From IMG/VR virus record IMGVR_UViG_2974578326_000001, positions 1 through 26,710 of that record: a stretch of DNA of 26,710 nt; one strand, written 5' to 3'. A program made the position numbers and the translations under genes. Positions 7,887 through 16,452 of this stretch are shown one piece after another. Positions within the stretch are counted from its first letter, which is position 1, and each line of letters begins with the position of its first letter. Below the pieces are notes generated by a model. It searched no databases. It saw only the letters and a program-made list of their open reading frames with translations, and had not been told where the DNA came from. This DNA comes from a virus (Duplodnaviria > Heunggongvirae > Uroviricota > Caudoviricetes).

Positions 7887-8303
7887 ATGGATGAGTTACA
7901 AGATTATGAATTGAATAAATCAGGTATACCTAATGTTGGTCAGTTTGGCTGGACTTCAACTGATTTAACTGGTGTTACTGATATGATGGTATGGGTTCTT
8001 GAATCACAGAAAGCTGCTAAATCAGCAAGTGATGATGCACAAGTATGTCAAGACATTTCTAAAAATATAGCTAATATTGAAAACGTATTTAACTATAAGA
8101 TAGATGAAGTTGATATGAAGATTGCATTACTAAATCAATCAATTTCAAATCTACAACCACAGTTAGATTCTTTTAATAGAAAATATGATGATTTTAATAA
8201 TAAATATTCTGACTTCTTATTTAAATATGATCAATTCCTGCAGAAACTTCAGGAGTTCCTAGATAAATTAGATGAAGATTTTCCAGAGGGTTTTCCTGAG
8301 TAA
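7887..8303 (+). CDS. Short tail-fibre anchor / coiled-coil stub (138 aa)
   Basis: Occupies the long-fibre position after the adaptor; ends in five heptads (KYDDFNN KYSDFLF KYDQFLQ KLQEFLD KL); no receptor-binding domain. Start set at ATG 7887 after SD GGAG. Confidence 0.6.
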   Translation: MDELQDYELNKSGIPNVGQFGWTSTDLTGVTDMMVWVLESQKAAKSASDDAQVCQDISKNIANIENVFNYKIDEVDMKIALLNQSISNLQPQLDSFNRKYDDFNNKYSDFLFKYDQFLQKLQEFLDKLDEDFPEGFPE

Positions 8304-8309
8304 CAAAAT

Positions 8310-8333
8310 ACTCCACACTTTGTGTGGGGTTTA
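8310..8333 (+). terminator. Probable terminator hairpin after the fibre stub
   Basis: Stem ACTCCACAC/GTGTGGGGT with TTT loop, followed by a short interrupted T-rich tail. Confidence 0.55.
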
Positions 8334-8407
8334 TCATTATATGAATGGATATTTAAAAAATAAACTATCCTATAGTGTTAATAGTTATATATGATTACAA
8401 TTCTTAC

Positions 8408-8433
8408 GTAAGTTTTAGACCTCTAGAGAACTA
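8408..8433 (+). promoter_or_regulatory. Phage-sigma late promoter GTAAgt-N16-ACTA
   Basis: GTAAGT 8408-8413, ACTA 8430-8433, in the intergenic gap 37 nt before the next start. Confidence 0.72.
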
Positions 8434-8470
8434 TTATAAATTGTATTGTTATTTTTAAAGGGGTATTAAA

Positions 8471-8707
8471 ATGGGGGAAATCGCAAGGAATGTTATTTCA
8501 ACACTAGCTGGTACTATTTCCATGGCTGCTTTAGGATTATGTATAAACACTTATGTTGATGTACAGATTCTAAAACAAAATCAAATAGAGTTATCTACTA
8601 TAGTTAAGACTTCTCAGGATTTACTAACTAGGATAGATAAGACACAAGCGGTTCAGGAAGAAGTTGTTAAAACTTTATCTGAAATAGTTAATGATTTAAG
8701 GAGGTAA
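8471..8707 (+). CDS. Putative holin / single-pass membrane protein (78 aa)
   Basis: SD GGGG; one N-terminal hydrophobic helix (ISTLAGTISMAALGLCINTYV) followed by a coiled coil; position resembles the putative holin of phiEco32-like phages. Confidence 0.55.
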   Translation: MGEIARNVISTLAGTISMAALGLCINTYVDVQILKQNQIELSTIVKTSQDLLTRIDKTQAVQEEVVKTLSEIVNDLRR

Positions 8708-8709
8708 TA

Positions 8710-9603
8710 ATGGCTGTTGAAACTGTAGCACAATTTATAACACAGCTAGAACCTTCTTACCCTAGAAAGAATGACTTATTAAAAGAAGGTGATGATCACA
8801 TTAGACTTATTAAACGTATTATTCAAAATACTTTTCCTAAGTTTAATAGTTTTCTATCTATTACCTCTGATAAGTTAAACGATTTAGATAAGAAGTTGGA
8901 GGTTGATGAGACTACACTGAAGGTTACTTCTGGTTTATCATTGACTGGTAAAAGGAAGACTGTAAACTTTAATCCACAGGGTGTTTCAACGAATCAGAAT
9001 ATTGTAACAGGTATTCCAGATCCAAGGAAAGGTAGTGATGGTTTATATGATGCTGTCAATGTTAATTGGTTAACTACATCTGGTGTTATACTTGATAAAG
9101 CTTATCCTGTAGATTCTATCTATATTACAGTTTCTGATTTAAACCCAAAAGACTCTCTAGGTTTTGGTAAATGGGAACCTTTCGGTGAAGGAAGAGTACT
9201 AATGGGTGTTGGTACTGGTAATGATGGGACTAATGTTCGTAAGTTTGATAAACCACTTGTTAAAGGTGGCGAGTATATGCACAAGCTTACAGAGAAAGAA
9301 CTTCCGCCACATAACCATAAAACAGAATTCTCAGTGGAGATGAAGGAAGCTGGTGATCATTATCATGGTTTTGGTGGGGATGACCAATTAGTCTGGGGTA
9401 ATGAATTGTATAATGATGAACACTTTGGTTATGATGCACAATCAAAATCAAATGGTAGATCTAATTATTATAAGACCACTTCAGATGGTAGACATAAACA
9501 TGAAATGAATATTAAATATGAAATGGAAAAAACCGGAGGTGGTGAAGCACATAATGTAATCCAACCTTATATAACTGTGTTTATGTGGAGACGAATTTCA
9601 TAA
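8710..9603 (+). CDS. Short tail fibre with T4 gp10-like C-terminal domain (297 aa)
   Basis: N-terminal GDDHIRLIK motif; YPVDSIYITV...GFGKWEPFGEGRVLMGVG and final IQPYITVFMWRRIS resemble the T4 gp10 C-terminus; three HxH motifs. Confidence 0.82.
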   Translation: MAVETVAQFITQLEPSYPRKNDLLKEGDDHIRLIKRIIQNTFPKFNSFLSITSDKLNDLDKKLEVDETTLKVTSGLSLTGKRKTVNFNPQGVSTNQNIVTGIPDPRKGSDGLYDAVNVNWLTTSGVILDKAYPVDSIYITVSDLNPKDSLGFGKWEPFGEGRVLMGVGTGNDGTNVRKFDKPLVKGGEYMHKLTEKELPPHNHKTEFSVEMKEAGDHYHGFGGDDQLVWGNELYNDEHFGYDAQSKSNGRSNYYKTTSDGRHKHEMNIKYEMEKTGGGEAHNVIQPYITVFMWRRIS

Positions 9604-9612
9604 GGAGTAATG

Positions 9613-11376
9613 ATGGCTATTTTTCATTTAAGAGGGGTTGGTAATAAGGGGGTGATATCTGATATACCCCCATTTGACTTATCCCCTGATACTTGGTCTA
9701 ATGCTAATAATGTTAGATTCCAAGCAAATAGAGTTCAGAAGATAGGTGGTAACAACCCAACTATAATGGAAGGTATGCCTAATGTTAAACCATTGGCTGT
9801 TGTTCAAAGACCTATGAAATCTGAAATGATTTATGGAACAGGAGATCCTTTTACTAATAAGGGTAAGCTATATAGAACTGAGGGTGGTGTTCATGAGGAT
9901 ATAAGCAGATGGGTAGATCCAGATGATCATGACAAAGGAACAGTTGATTATAACAGCAGTCCAACTACACCTTGGAGTTATTCCATTTTATCAAACACTA
10001 TAGTTATGAGTACTAAGTTTGAAGATCCACAAGGAATAACACCTTTCACAGATAGATTTGACACAATACCTGGATGGGGTAAGCCAAAGAAAGACAGTGA
10101 TGTTACCGTCAACTGGAAGACTAACAGGATTAGAGCTTATAAAAACTACTTAATTTGTTTAGGTATGATTGAGAATGGTGTTGAATATGCTCAACGTGTA
10201 AGATGGTCTGATATTGCATTCGTTGATGAGTTGCCTCAGAACTGGTGGGAGGATAGTGAAGATCATGACGGTGGTTTTAACGATTTATCTGATTCTCTTT
10301 CTTATATTATTGATGGTGCTCCTCTTCGAGATTCATTCGTAATATACACTAACAGAGATACATTCTTAATGGATTACGTTGGTGGTGCTTTAGTTTTTAA
10401 CTTTAGGAAGATATTCTCTGATTCTGGTATACTGACTGATGGTTGCTGCGTTGAGTTTGAAGGTAAGCACTTTGTCATTAGTGAGGATGATATTTTTGTT
10501 CATAATGGTTCTACAAGAAAATCAATTGTTACTGGTCGTGTAAAAGATAAACTAATTCAAGAGATTTCTTCTGTAAACCCTAATGCTACGAAGGTATATA
10601 GTTATCCAACCAGAAAAGAAATATGGGTAACTTATGTTAGACCTGGTTCTACAAATCCAGATGGTTTAGACAATTATGCATGTAACAGAGCTGCAGTGTG
10701 GTCTTGGGAATACGACACTTGGTCTTTCTATGATATCCCAGACATTTATGATATTGGACTTGGTATCCCTCCAGATGTAGACAATAGAAGATGGGATACT
10801 ATGTGTGGTACAGAGGGTGAACCTGTTCCAGAAGGTTGTGATGACACTTGGGACGGTAAATCTCATTCTGAAGAAACTTGGGAACCTTATTCTAAGACTT
10901 TCAATAAATTATATATGTATGCAGCTTCTGATGATAATTGCTTTTATACACTTGATACAGGTTTCTTCTTCTATCGATGGGATCATAAAAAATATTGGGA
11001 AGATTTTAAATCAGATGAAACAATAAAGAAAACAGATCCTAAATACCTAAGTAAGTATCCAGTAGTTTGTGAAGTTGAAAGATTATCTTTAGATTTTGAT
11101 GAACAAGAACAAGATATATCATTCTATAAATGGTGGAGATCTATCTATCCACAAATGACTGGTGAAGGAACAGCTAGGTTCTTTGTTGGTGGATCGGATA
11201 ACCCATATAAAGCTCCTATTTGGACTGAGGTTCAGGATTTTGTTATTGGTGAGGATTGGAAAGTTGATTGCTTTAATAACTTTCGTTATCCTGCAATAAA
11301 GATACAGAATTTTTCTGAAGGTGAGTGGGATTTCACTGGTTTTGATATAGAATACTTCAAGGAGGGTAACAGATAA
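9613..11376 (+). CDS. Tail nozzle (tail tubular protein B / P22 gp10-like, 587 aa)
   Basis: GVISDIPPFDL...WSNANNVRF N-terminus, RVRWSD and IIDGAPLRDSFVIYT beta-propeller-type motifs. The second ATG (9613) gives better spacing from SD AAGGAG. Confidence 0.82.
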   Translation: MAIFHLRGVGNKGVISDIPPFDLSPDTWSNANNVRFQANRVQKIGGNNPTIMEGMPNVKPLAVVQRPMKSEMIYGTGDPFTNKGKLYRTEGGVHEDISRWVDPDDHDKGTVDYNSSPTTPWSYSILSNTIVMSTKFEDPQGITPFTDRFDTIPGWGKPKKDSDVTVNWKTNRIRAYKNYLICLGMIENGVEYAQRVRWSDIAFVDELPQNWWEDSEDHDGGFNDLSDSLSYIIDGAPLRDSFVIYTNRDTFLMDYVGGALVFNFRKIFSDSGILTDGCCVEFEGKHFVISEDDIFVHNGSTRKSIVTGRVKDKLIQEISSVNPNATKVYSYPTRKEIWVTYVRPGSTNPDGLDNYACNRAAVWSWEYDTWSFYDIPDIYDIGLGIPPDVDNRRWDTMCGTEGEPVPEGCDDTWDGKSHSEETWEPYSKTFNKLYMYAASDDNCFYTLDTGFFFYRWDHKKYWEDFKSDETIKKTDPKYLSKYPVVCEVERLSLDFDEQEQDISFYKWWRSIYPQMTGEGTARFFVGGSDNPYKAPIWTEVQDFVIGEDWKVDCFNNFRYPAIKIQNFSEGEWDFTGFDIEYFKEGNR

Positions 11377-12938
11377 TGGCTACTACTGATGCTAGGAATA
11401 GAATAAGACAACCTTATCGTTTCTATAAGCCTCAGTTTCTAGATGAGAATAGATTGAAGATGGATCTTGATAGGGAGTTTGAGGATATTTCTCAAGCCCT
11501 CTTGAAAGTATCAGAGAAATTCAATATGATTGATCTTACTCTAGATTTTGATGCTGGTGAGGTTATGGATGAGTTGAATAAGATTAAATCAACCATCGAA
11601 GTTACAATAAAAAGATTAGGTAATTTAGAGGAGGCTAACTCTGAGTTATCATTTAAACTTACTGCACAATATAACGAAATGATGGGATCATTGAGGCATG
11701 TTAACAGGGTTATCTCTAATGCTCAAAGAGCTTTAGCTGAAGCTACACTACAACTGGATGCTGAAACAATTTCTATTCAGAATGATAATGCAAGAATGTC
11801 TGCACATATATCGAGACAAGATATTGTTATTACTGACCACGAACAAGCTATTGCAAGGACTAATGAGAAATTAGATGCAGCTGTTGAGACTATAAACAGC
11901 GATATATTGGCATCTATAGAAACGACGAAAGAAGCAATAGCAACTTTAGAAGAGTCCGTTGCTAGTGTTGAAACTAATATGAATAGTAAATATGATTCAT
12001 TAAGTAAAGTAGTTGATAGTAATAAGAAAGATGCTGATGGTAAATTAGCCGGATTAGATGGTCGTATGGTAACAGCTGAAGCTAATATTAAAACAGTACA
12101 GAAAACATCCGCTGATAATACTAAAGCCATTTCAGAAATGAGTACCGAAATGAGCTCCAAGTTTACTTCTGTGAACAATAGTATTAATTCCACGAATCAG
12201 ACTGTTTCCACAAATAAGAAAGACGCTGACAATAAAATCAATAATACTAACAATACTGTAGCTGCTAATAAAAAGGATGCAGACGGAAAAATAAGTAATG
12301 TTAATGGCAGAGTAGACACTATAGAAGGTAGGGTTAATACTGCTGAAGCCAATATCAAGACTAACGCAAAAACTGGAGCAGATAATAAACAAGCTATAGC
12401 TTCTATGGAAACAAAGATGAATGCCAAGTTCAATGAACAAGAAGCTAAAATTAATACAAAAGCTGTTACACAATTTGATCACTCAGGAACTGGTTCTGCT
12501 ACTTATGAAGTTAACGCTGGTATTAAATGGAATGGCAAAGTTACATCTGCTGGTATGAGAATTGAAGCCTCTGTATCTGGTGGAGTTATGCATTCTGGTG
12601 TTATTTTTGATGCTGATAAATTCAAAGTTCGTAATCCATCTAATGGTACATTTCAAACAGCTTTTGAGGTTAAAGGTGGTAAAACTTACATCAGATCAGC
12701 TTTAATAGATAGTGCTGAAGTTATCACAGAGTTTAAATCTCAGAATTTTGTATCTGGTAAATCTGGTTTTAGATTTGATGCTAAGACCGGTAATGCTGAA
12801 ATGAATGATGCAACTTTTAGAGGAACACTTGATGTGAAATCTGGATCTAGTGGTGGTAGAATGACCATTTCTAATAATCAAATTCTAGTGTATGATGAAA
12901 ATAATAAACTGGTAGTTAAGATAGGATATCTGGGGTGA
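11376..12938 (+). CDS. Tail needle: long coiled coil ending in a J-type (DUF1983-like) tip domain (520 aa)
   Basis: TAATG coupling to nozzle; heptad-rich region of ~330 aa; C-terminal ~146 aa (AGMRIEA...FDADKFKV...TYIRSALI...SQNFVSGKSGFRFDAKTG...ISNNQILVYDENNKLVVKIGYLG) resemble the end of lambdoid/T1 J proteins. Confidence 0.78.
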   Translation: MATTDARNRIRQPYRFYKPQFLDENRLKMDLDREFEDISQALLKVSEKFNMIDLTLDFDAGEVMDELNKIKSTIEVTIKRLGNLEEANSELSFKLTAQYNEMMGSLRHVNRVISNAQRALAEATLQLDAETISIQNDNARMSAHISRQDIVITDHEQAIARTNEKLDAAVETINSDILASIETTKEAIATLEESVASVETNMNSKYDSLSKVVDSNKKDADGKLAGLDGRMVTAEANIKTVQKTSADNTKAISEMSTEMSSKFTSVNNSINSTNQTVSTNKKDADNKINNTNNTVAANKKDADGKISNVNGRVDTIEGRVNTAEANIKTNAKTGADNKQAIASMETKMNAKFNEQEAKINTKAVTQFDHSGTGSATYEVNAGIKWNGKVTSAGMRIEASVSGGVMHSGVIFDADKFKVRNPSNGTFQTAFEVKGGKTYIRSALIDSAEVITEFKSQNFVSGKSGFRFDAKTGNAEMNDATFRGTLDVKSGSSGGRMTISNNQILVYDENNKLVVKIGYLG

Positions 12939-12941
12939 ATT

Positions 12942-13202
12942 ATGAAATGGGGAATACAAACTCTTCAAAATGGTGTTTTACAATCTGCTGTTAGTAGTGC
13001 ATATATAATTGATTCAATTTATGTTGATAGAAATTTATCAAAGACGTATGATTTTGTTGGAGATAATGTTGAATTAATAACTACATCAATGAATAGAACC
13101 CATGGTGGTGGATTAGCTAAAGTTACTGGAAAAACAGTTGAGGCTTTCTATGAAGACAGATGGGGGCCTTACGAATTAGTTATAATTGGAGTTGCTAAAT
13201 GA
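12942..13202 (+). CDS. Small J-associated tail-tip protein (86 aa)
   Basis: MKWGIQTLQNG start resembles the 'YGI.T...G' starts of the small proteins directly downstream of J in T1-like and lambdoid phages; beta-rich. Confidence 0.62.
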   Translation: MKWGIQTLQNGVLQSAVSSAYIIDSIYVDRNLSKTYDFVGDNVELITTSMNRTHGGGLAKVTGKTVEAFYEDRWGPYELVIIGVAK

Positions 13203-13813
13203 GTAAATATGGAATTATTGTAATTGATGATGGTATACCATTGACATTAGCGCCTTATTCGACTTATACTTTTTATAAAAAGTTTATCTTTAATTCTAAC
13301 TTAATGAGCATTGGTATAAGTGATCCTAAGTCTATACCACTTATGTTTACTAGAACCCTTGGACGAAGACCAGATTATACACCTAGATTGTCATATCAAA
13401 ATGGAGCTTGGAGGATAATAGGTGACACAAGTAATGACTTCATATGTTATATTTTTGTTAAAACAGCAGATTTTCCTAATAAAAGTAAATGGGGAATAGA
13501 AGTTTATAATGAAAAAGGTGAGATTGTTCAAAAATCAGGACAAGAATATTTAAAGATTTATTTCCAAAATCACCCAATAAATAAGACTGGATCTTTTGAT
13601 GTTGGTTTTCCATGTGCCAGTATGGATAGACCTGTTGGTAGATTATCTATAAGAGGGCCTGAAGGTTGGGATTTATTCCAATTTGGAACAGTTGGTCAAG
13701 GTAATAGTGTAATATTAACCAGGGCTCAGATAGGTGGCCGATTACCAGGCCCAGGTGGTGAGTACGTTGGAGATATGAACCATTTATTCATAGATGTACG
13801 AGATTATGACTAA
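13199..13813 (+). CDS. Second J-associated tail-tip protein, candidate receptor-binding protein (204 aa)
   Basis: ATGA overlap; MSKYGIIVIDDG start and internal KWGIEVYNEKGEIV repeat typical of the second post-J protein. Confidence 0.62.
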   Translation: MSKYGIIVIDDGIPLTLAPYSTYTFYKKFIFNSNLMSIGISDPKSIPLMFTRTLGRRPDYTPRLSYQNGAWRIIGDTSNDFICYIFVKTADFPNKSKWGIEVYNEKGEIVQKSGQEYLKIYFQNHPINKTGSFDVGFPCASMDRPVGRLSIRGPEGWDLFQFGTVGQGNSVILTRAQIGGRLPGPGGEYVGDMNHLFIDVRDYD

Positions 13814-13824
13814 GGAGTCTAATA

Positions 13825-16452
13825 ATGTCAATGATATATAAAGAAGGTACAGCATCCTTAACAAAAGGTTCTCCTGTGCTAAAAGGTAAGGATACTTATT
13901 TCCTTAATCCTATATTCAATGTAGGTGTTGGTCAGATTGTTCAAGTAAAAACTGGTGATAACGTCTACGTAAACTCAATCAAAGAAGTTATTGATAATGA
14001 AACATTAATCTTATCTTTTGACTCATTAGAAGATGTTACAGATGGTGAAATTGTTATTATGATAACAATGGTTGATTCAATCTCTGATACAGCCAATAAA
14101 CTCCTTGGTATGACACGAGGTTTAGTACAGTTTGAAACAGAGATGACCAAATGGTTCACATCAATGGATAAGAAGATTACTATAACCTTACCTGATGGAA
14201 CCAAAAAAGAAGTTTATACTTTACAAGCTATCATGGAACAAGTTGCTCAGAATGAGAAAGAAATGCAAGAATTACTACAAAATTCTGAGAAGAAAGTAAA
14301 TGACATGGTTGACAAGGCTCAAACAGATGTAAACCAAGTAGTGACAGATGGTACCAATAAGATCAATCAAGCTGTTGATAAGGCTGATAAAGAGATCGGA
14401 GAGGCTATCACATCTGGTACTGGTAAAATTGATACAATGCTTACTGAAAGTCAGAAAAAGATTGATAAAACTATCGAAGATACTGAAGTAAAGGTTGACA
14501 CAGAGCTCGGCAAGATTGATGAGAAGATTGGAAACCGAATAGATGGTAAGGTTGATAAATCTGGTGATAGGATGACAGGAAGTCTAGGTATTGATTCCAA
14601 AGAGTTTAGTCAAAGTATTGAGATTAATGCAGATGCTGAACAAGATCGTACATCTATTGGTAATAAGTTTAAAGATGGATCATTAGCGGTGCTTTCTTTC
14701 TATAAAGATAGATTAAGGTATTCAGGTAAAGATATTATAAGAGATGGTGATTATGGAGTTGGTTACAAAGCCAATAATAACAATAATCCACCACAAAACA
14801 TTTTTAATGATGCGAATGAAATAACATATTCGGGTTTTGGTGCTGGTAATGCTAAATCAACAAACTTTTTTGATTATGGTGCTCCATTAATATCCGCAGC
14901 AAGATTTGGTGGTTCAGATTCTACTGGTCAGGTTTTTCAACTTCAATCTAGAGTATCAAAAACTAATAATGAGATTGCATACAGGACAAGAAATACTAAT
15001 GAGTGGACTGATTGGTTAAAACTTGCTGTTCTGGATACTGTACAAACTCAAACTTTTAAAGGTGCTATAAAGGCTAGAATATTAGATGTTGAAAGTGGTA
15101 ATGATTATTTTGGTATAAGGATTCATGCTAATGGTACACCAGCTTTTTACTCTTATAGAAGTGGTAAAGGGTATGATTATATGCTCCCAAACATTTCCCA
15201 AGGAGGTTATTTATGGGTTAATGCAACCCCAGCTACTCTTGCTTGGGGGTCTTATACAGATGGACAGAATATTGCTAGATTAACCTTTAAAATAACATCA
15301 ACAGGAGATCAGGCACACTTCGGAACTGACAAAACTAATATGTTCCTACAGGCAGTAAACAAGGACGGATCAACGGCTGATATCAAATTTCCAAGAAACT
15401 CTGGAGATTCGTGGGGTGGGGTTTTTAAGAAATCTGGGAGTAGCTATACAATGTATGAACCTAATGGTTCACCTATAATTGAGAACAACGGAAATTTTGA
15501 AACAAGATTTTATGGGTTAGGAAGTAAACCTTCTCAAGATCACTTAATGGTTTTTATGAGAAACTCTGATAAGATGTTCGGTGTTAATTATAGAGGGACT
15601 GACAATAAGACAGCTACTGTTTTTCGTGTGGATTGTGCTAATAAGGTTGCAAAAATTAATGAAGTACCAGTTATGGTTGAGGGAGATTTTGGATTAGGAA
15701 GAGCTGGTATGGGGAAACCCCAAAATATTTCATGCTTCCAAGGAGTTCCTAGTGCTTCTGTTCAAGGTTTCCCTACTAATGGTGCCGGTTTTCAATCTAC
15801 CTATCAAACCAATAGAAGGGCTCAGATGTTTATGAGCACACAGGGGATAGTTTTTACAAGGTTTAGCTTAAGAGATGAGCTTGTAGACGTGACAACTCCC
15901 TGGAATACAGTTTATAGCTCTAAAAATACAACAGTTGATAGTAATGGTTTTATCAAGAGGGCCTCACCTATTATAAAGGTATTTGGAGATGGTTCTTTTG
16001 AGGTAAATGATGAATCAGAAGGTTCTAGTGTTGAAAAAATTAGTAATGGTGTTTATAGAATAAATAATGTTTTAGGTCTAAACTCTGATGATTCTGGGGG
16101 TGGATCGAGTGGTGGTTTTGAAATACCTATTGATAATAATAAACTTCCAATGATTTGGTTAGATTATGAAGTTGAGTCCGATGGGTCTATTATACTAAAA
16201 ACATACCACAGGGAGCATAAAGATGTACCACCTTTTGCTCGTAATCTAAAAAGAGGTTATAGTGATGGAGATCCTTGTGATATCCCAAATGGAAGATTTG
16301 TATCAGTAAGGGTTAATATGCCAGAGGGTTCTATATTTAATCAAATGATGAATAAAGTCGAACAAGAAGATAAAGAAATGGAATCTAATCCTTTCTATAA
16401 AGAGGAAAGGGCTTTTCCAAATATAATCTTTAATAAGAAAGGAGATTTGTAA
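13825..16452 (+). CDS. Long side tail fibre, mosaic (875 aa)
   Basis: N-terminal GTASLTKGSPVLKG anchor, 11-residue coiled-coil repeats, KVDKSGDRMTGSL, two GD(Y/F)G.G-introduced knob-like units ending in W..W/PW motifs, and C-terminal GFIKRASP...DGDPCDIPNGRFVSVRVNMP domain common in enterobacterial fibres. Confidence 0.88.
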   Translation: MSMIYKEGTASLTKGSPVLKGKDTYFLNPIFNVGVGQIVQVKTGDNVYVNSIKEVIDNETLILSFDSLEDVTDGEIVIMITMVDSISDTANKLLGMTRGLVQFETEMTKWFTSMDKKITITLPDGTKKEVYTLQAIMEQVAQNEKEMQELLQNSEKKVNDMVDKAQTDVNQVVTDGTNKINQAVDKADKEIGEAITSGTGKIDTMLTESQKKIDKTIEDTEVKVDTELGKIDEKIGNRIDGKVDKSGDRMTGSLGIDSKEFSQSIEINADAEQDRTSIGNKFKDGSLAVLSFYKDRLRYSGKDIIRDGDYGVGYKANNNNNPPQNIFNDANEITYSGFGAGNAKSTNFFDYGAPLISAARFGGSDSTGQVFQLQSRVSKTNNEIAYRTRNTNEWTDWLKLAVLDTVQTQTFKGAIKARILDVESGNDYFGIRIHANGTPAFYSYRSGKGYDYMLPNISQGGYLWVNATPATLAWGSYTDGQNIARLTFKITSTGDQAHFGTDKTNMFLQAVNKDGSTADIKFPRNSGDSWGGVFKKSGSSYTMYEPNGSPIIENNGNFETRFYGLGSKPSQDHLMVFMRNSDKMFGVNYRGTDNKTATVFRVDCANKVAKINEVPVMVEGDFGLGRAGMGKPQNISCFQGVPSASVQGFPTNGAGFQSTYQTNRRAQMFMSTQGIVFTRFSLRDELVDVTTPWNTVYSSKNTTVDSNGFIKRASPIIKVFGDGSFEVNDESEGSSVEKISNGVYRINNVLGLNSDDSGGGSSGGFEIPIDNNKLPMIWLDYEVESDGSIILKTYHREHKDVPPFARNLKRGYSDGDPCDIPNGRFVSVRVNMPEGSIFNQMMNKVEQEDKEMESNPFYKEERAFPNIIFNKKGDL

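Noticed and set aside
8288-8294. Slippery heptamer G GGT TTT near the end of the fibre stub, with a downstream hairpin
   Set aside because: The -1 frame reads GGG TTT TCC TGA and stops at 8297-8299, so no extension is possible.
8342-8367. TGAATG-N16-ACTA as a second promoter in the 8304-8470 gap
   Set aside because: The conserved GTAA core is broken; a better match exists at 8408-8433.
8341-8394. 17-codon ORF MNGYLKNKLSYSVNSYI in the intergenic gap
   Set aside because: Too short, the only SD-like GGGG is inside the terminator stem, and there is no supporting motif.
10805-11026. 73-aa plus-strand ORF nested in the nozzle gene
   Set aside because: No convincing SD, lipobox or motif; consistent with chance.
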